Positions 60,097 to 64,000 of a DNA stretch of 64,000 nt are shown in pieces; positions within the stretch are counted from its first letter, which is position 1; the number at the start of each line of letters is the position of its first letter. Made by a program: the position numbers and the translations under genes. The notes beneath the pieces are model-generated. The model did not search any database. It worked only from the letters and a program-made list of their open reading frames with translations, and had not been told where the DNA came from. Origin of the DNA: Chthoniobacteraceae bacterium (GTDB taxonomy: Bacteria > Verrucomicrobiota > Verrucomicrobiia > Chthoniobacterales > Chthoniobacteraceae); contig JANNWY010000071.1 in NCBI GenBank assembly GCA_031409335.1, positions 1 through 64,000 of the forward strand, written 5' to 3'.

Positions 60097-60831
60097 ATGG
60101 AAATGATGCGCGACCAACAACCCGATCACTCTTCGCTGTGGATCAGCGTCCTTCGTCTGCTCTGCAAGTCGCCACGGATGCGTGCCTTTGCCATGCGGTC
60201 GGTGGCGCGGGCCGAAGGCGGGGAACTCCTATCGCCTACGCTTCGGGAGTTGCTGAAGGAACACTGCGGCGTGCATGTCGGCATGTATAGCTATGGACTG
60301 TGCCTTACGCCGGGCGGATTGCCGCCCGGAACGTGGGTGGGTAACTATTGTTCGCTTGCCGATGGGATCGCGATCCTGCGCAGGAATCACCCCATCGACC
60401 GCATTTCCCAACACCCGATCTTTTTCAATCGCGAATGCGGACTCGTATCGGAAGACACCCTTCCACCGGTTTCCTCGAATCCACTTCACATCGGACACGA
60501 TGTGTGGATTGGTCAAAATGCCATCATTACTCCAGGCTGTAAAAGTATCGGTGATGGCGCGGTGATCGCGGCAGGCGCGGTTGTCACCGCGGATGTGTCG
60601 GCGTTTGGCATCGTCGGCGGAGTGCCGGCGAAGCTGATCCGCCACCGCCTGTCGGAAGAGCTTCAGCGAATCGTCCTGGAGACGGAGTGGTGGTTGAAGT
60701 CGTTGCCGGAGTTGAAACAGTTTCTACCACTTTTTTCCAAAACCCTGACAATCGAACAGGCAAAGCAGTTTCAAGATGAGTGTCTGCGGAAACCCAGCGG
60801 GCCACAGCCAGCCGAGGCAGCGACCCGATGA
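60097..60831 (+). CDS. CatB-related O-acetyltransferase
   Basis: VGMYSYG, GNYCS, NHP, IGHDVWIG, IGDGAVIAAGAVVT, GGVPAK. Confidence 0.88.
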   Translation: MEMMRDQQPDHSSLWISVLRLLCKSPRMRAFAMRSVARAEGGELLSPTLRELLKEHCGVHVGMYSYGLCLTPGGLPPGTWVGNYCSLADGIAILRRNHPIDRISQHPIFFNRECGLVSEDTLPPVSSNPLHIGHDVWIGQNAIITPGCKSIGDGAVIAAGAVVTADVSAFGIVGGVPAKLIRHRLSEELQRIVLETEWWLKSLPELKQFLPLFSKTLTIEQAKQFQDECLRKPSGPQPAEAATR

Positions 60832-62177
60832 GCGCGGAAACGGCGAACCCACGGCGACGCATCGGAATCATGGGGACATCGGTGACTTCGGGAAACCGGG
60901 GTGTGGTTGCGCTTGGTGTGTCGCTGGTGAATCTCTGCTGCGAGGCCGCGCGCGAGGCGGAGATCGTTTTGCTCCTCAGTCACGGCGATCATCGACCGGT
61001 TTCGTTTCAGGTGGATGGGAAAGCCCGGGAGATTCCCATCGTGCCATGTCGGCTATCTCCGCGTTCACGGCCGCAGGATCATTTGGTTTGGATCGTGGGC
61101 ATGTCGCTTTTGTATCAGTGCGTGCCGATCGCGAGTGTCCGCCGGTTGATTGCGAATTCGACGCCCTGGATTGGCGCGGTCGCGGGTGCGGAAGTGGTGG
61201 GTGATGTGCGCGGCGGGGATAGCTTCAGCGACATTTATGGGATGGGACGCTTTCTTCTCGGGTTCTTCATGGCTTGGAGCGTGATCCTGGTGCGCGGGGA
61301 GATGGTGCAGTTTCCCCAAACTTATGGGCCATTTAAGAGTTCACCGGCACGCTGGCTCGCGCGCTTTCTTTTGGTTCGCTCTTCGATGGTGATCGCGCGG
61401 GATGAGCGGAGTCGGCGGGTTGCCCAGGAGTTGCTCGGGGAGGAATACGAAGTCCACCTCAGCCCGGACGTCGCTTTTTCACTGGCTGTCACACGACCTG
61501 CCAGAATTGCCTTGGAACCGGCTCCAAGTATTCCCGCAACAGGAGGGGTGCTCGGGTTGAACGTGAACGGTCTGATGTATCACGGTGGTTACACTCGCGA
61601 TAACATGTTCGGGTTAAAACTAAATTACCCCACTTTCCTAACCGAGTTGGTCATTTCGTTACTCGCGGAACATGAGGGCGAGCTTTGGCTAATACCGCAT
61701 ACCTTTGCTCCGCCGGGGGATGTGGAGAGCGATCAAGACGCTTCGCGGAGGTTGCGCGAATCACTGCCTGCTGCGTTGCAATCGCGAGTGCGGATCGTTG
61801 CGGCGGAATACGATCAGCATGAAATCAAAGGGGTCATCGGTAGCTGCGATTTCTTCATCGGCTCGCGGATGCACGCGTGCATCGCCGCACTCTCGCAGGC
61901 TGTTCCGTGTGTGGGCGTGGCTTACAGCATGAAGTTTGAGGGTGTATTTGAATCGGTCGGGATGGGTGAATGGGTGGTGGATGGACGGAGCGTGCCGAAT
62001 GCGCCGGCGGTTGCGCGGATTGTGGATTTGTATCGCAAGAGGGATGAGGTCCGGGAAGGTCTCGCGCGAGGGGCCAATGAGGCGCGGGCGAGTTTGCGCG
62101 CGGTGTTTCGGCGCGTCTTCAAGCTGACGGCAATGGAATCAGAAAAGACCCAGCCAATCGAATTTGCCGGTGTCTAG
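60828..62177 (+). CDS. Polysaccharide pyruvyl transferase family protein
   Basis: GNRGVVAL, GGDSFSDIYG, PQTYGPF, PDVAF, GSRMHACIAA, AYSMKF. Confidence 0.88.
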   Translation: MSAETANPRRRIGIMGTSVTSGNRGVVALGVSLVNLCCEAAREAEIVLLLSHGDHRPVSFQVDGKAREIPIVPCRLSPRSRPQDHLVWIVGMSLLYQCVPIASVRRLIANSTPWIGAVAGAEVVGDVRGGDSFSDIYGMGRFLLGFFMAWSVILVRGEMVQFPQTYGPFKSSPARWLARFLLVRSSMVIARDERSRRVAQELLGEEYEVHLSPDVAFSLAVTRPARIALEPAPSIPATGGVLGLNVNGLMYHGGYTRDNMFGLKLNYPTFLTELVISLLAEHEGELWLIPHTFAPPGDVESDQDASRRLRESLPAALQSRVRIVAAEYDQHEIKGVIGSCDFFIGSRMHACIAALSQAVPCVGVAYSMKFEGVFESVGMGEWVVDGRSVPNAPAVARIVDLYRKRDEVREGLARGANEARASLRAVFRRVFKLTAMESEKTQPIEFAGV

Positions 62178-63486
62178 TCTGCAAACCGTAACGGAGGTCG
62201 TGGACTGGCGCATGTGCCTCGGGTGTGGCGCGTGTGCCTACATCTGCCCTGAGGAACGCGTGGGTCTGCGCGACTTTTTGGAGGAAGGGATTCGTCCGGT
62301 GGTGGAGGCTGGGGACTGTTCGGGGTGTTTGGCGTGTGTGGAGGTATGCCCGGCAGTGCGAAGCGACTTTCCCTCTGCCGAGGAATGGGGACCGATCCTG
62401 GAAATGTGGGAGGGTCACGCGAGCGATCCCGAGATTCGTTTCAAAGGGTCTTCCGGCGGTGTCCTGACGGCGCTTGGAGCTTACTGCGTGGAAGGGTTGG
62501 GCATGGCGGGTGTGCTGCATATCGGACAAGATGCGGAGGATCCCATGCGCAACCGCACGCGCCTCAGCCGGAGTCGCGAGGAGCTGCTGGCCGCGTCTGG
62601 GTCCCGCTATTCGCCGGCTTCGGTTTGCAATGGGTTGGGTTTGGTGGAGGAAGCGGATGCGCCTTGCGCGATTGTGGGAAAACCGTCCGAGATTTCAGCG
62701 GTGGCGAATGCGCGCAGGCTCCGTCCCAAGCTGGATGAGCGGATCGGTGTGACGCTTTCTTTTTTCTGCGCGGAGAGTCCTTCAACGGGTGGCACCGCGG
62801 CGCTGCTGGACCGGATGGGTGTCACACCTTCTTCATTGCGCGATCTGCGCTACCGCGGGCTCGGGTGGCCGGGGCATTTTGCGCCGACGCGGCGGGGCGA
62901 CGACGAGCCGTGTGACCAGATGACTTACCAGGAAAGCTGGGCGTTTCTCCAGGCGCATCGACCGTGGTCGGTGCAGCTTTGGCCGGATGGGAGCGGGGAG
63001 CTGGCGGACATTAGTTGTGGCGATCCCTGGTATCACGAGCCCGATGGCAGGAATCCCGGAAGTTCGCTGGTGGTGGCGCGCACGGCGCGCGGACGGGAGA
63101 TCGTCGAAGGTGCCATGAAGGCCGGGTATCTAACGTTGCAACCTGCGGAAATGTGGAAACTGGATCGTTCACAATCCGGCTTGTTAAAGAAGAAGGGTGC
63201 AGTTTGGGGGCGGATACTGGCAATGCGCCTGATGAGGCTGCCAACTCCCGACTTTCGCGGCCTGCGACTTTTCCGCTGCTGGCTGAAACTGTCGCTCAAT
63301 GAAAAGCTGCGCTCGACCTTGGGAACGATCCGCCGGATCATTTCCCTGAAGTTGTATAAGCCACTTCGACTCGATCGCAACACCGCCGTGCCCGTGAAGT
63401 CGGCCGTGCCTGCCCGCGACGCCGTTGAGAAAGCCGGCCCCTTGAACTCGACGCCAAACTTTACCCCACTCGATTTGACCCTGTAA
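62170..63486 (+). CDS. Coenzyme F420 hydrogenase/dehydrogenase beta-subunit-like (FrhB) Fe-S protein
   Basis: CLGCGACAYICP and CSGCLACVEVCP ferredoxin motifs, GSSGGVLT, GSRYSP, YRGLGWPG, ADISCGDPW. Confidence 0.88.
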   Translation: MSSLQTVTEVVDWRMCLGCGACAYICPEERVGLRDFLEEGIRPVVEAGDCSGCLACVEVCPAVRSDFPSAEEWGPILEMWEGHASDPEIRFKGSSGGVLTALGAYCVEGLGMAGVLHIGQDAEDPMRNRTRLSRSREELLAASGSRYSPASVCNGLGLVEEADAPCAIVGKPSEISAVANARRLRPKLDERIGVTLSFFCAESPSTGGTAALLDRMGVTPSSLRDLRYRGLGWPGHFAPTRRGDDEPCDQMTYQESWAFLQAHRPWSVQLWPDGSGELADISCGDPWYHEPDGRNPGSSLVVARTARGREIVEGAMKAGYLTLQPAEMWKLDRSQSGLLKKKGAVWGRILAMRLMRLPTPDFRGLRLFRCWLKLSLNEKLRSTLGTIRRIISLKLYKPLRLDRNTAVPVKSAVPARDAVEKAGPLNSTPNFTPLDLTL

Positions 63487-63489
63487 CGT

Positions 63490-64000
63490 ATGAACGCTTC
63501 ACCATTGGAAAGACCCTCTTCACCCAGCCCGCTGCCCGAGTTCACGCGGATCGCCGTGATCGGCCTAGGCTATGTCGGACTCCCCTTGTCCCTGCAATTT
63601 GCCCGGTGTGGGGTGAAAGTTATCGGACTCGATATCGACGCCGGAAAGGTGGAGTCGCTGATTGGCGGTCGCAGCTACATCAAGCACATCGCATCGGAAG
63701 CAGTGGCCCAGTTTAGCAAGAGTGGCTGCTTTTCGGCGTCCACGGACTTTTCGCTGGTGAGGGATGTTGAAGCAGTGGTGATCTGTGTGCCAACGCCCCT
63801 GAGCAAGAACCGCGAGCCGGACATCTCCTACGTGTTGAGCACGGGACGGGCAATCGCTCCCCATCTTGCAAAAGGCGCGCTCGTTGTGTTGGAATCGACC
63901 ACTTATCCCGGGACGACCGATCAGGATTTGCGCGAGTTACTCGAAGCAGGCTCCGGGATGACGGCGGGGGTCGATTTCCATCTCGCCTTTTCACCGGAGC
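63490..64000 (+). CDS. Nucleotide-sugar 6-dehydrogenase (UDP-GlcNAc/WbpA-like); partial, runs off the right edge
   Basis: Hand translation: IAVIGLGYVGLP, GLDID, ICVPTP, LESTTYPGTT, LAFSPE. Absent from the ORF track. Confidence 0.9.
   Translation, partial: MNASPLERPSSPSPLPEFTRIAVIGLGYVGLPLSLQFARCGVKVIGLDIDAGKVESLIGGRSYIKHIASEAVAQFSKSGCFSASTDFSLVRDVEAVVICVPTPLSKNREPDISYVLSTGRAIAPHLAKGALVVLESTTYPGTTDQDLRELLEAGSGMTAGVDFHLAFSPE

Noticed and set aside
60097..60831. Chloramphenicol resistance gene
   Set aside because: A CatB-like fold inside an EPS operon is better explained as a sugar O-acetyltransferase.
62170..63486. Hydrogenase or methanogenesis function
   Set aside because: No other subunits are present; FrhB-like genes recur in polysaccharide loci.

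Overview
GC-rich bacterial DNA whose gene families (PVC-type cytochrome c/WD40, LTD-CotH, LamG and FGE secreted proteins, DUF2905, VF530) suggest Verrucomicrobiota, probably Chthoniobacter-like (inference). 1-4.7 kb is a mobile hotspot: a probable IS end, a frameshifted and truncated secreted alpha/beta-hydrolase gene, a REP-associated tyrosine transposase (RAYT) with its own REP/REPIN hairpins inserted in frame, and an FGE-domain secreted protein. 4.8-38 kb holds metabolic and housekeeping genes: an aminotransferase/GNAT/HDAC/TauE cluster, bactofilin, two giant secreted proteins, PqiA, an MFS sugar transporter with a GH13, DacB, methyltransferases and a GbsR operon. At least four more palindromic or MITE-like elements and one unannotated 29-aa basic ORF are interspersed. 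38.9-64 kb is a visibly lower-GC, Wzx/Wzy-type exopolysaccharide locus of 19 genes that runs off the right edge. It has a Wzc-like protein lacking the Walker A lysine and many decorating enzymes. All calls come from reading motifs by eye; no database searches were run. No rRNA, tRNA or CRISPR array was recognised.
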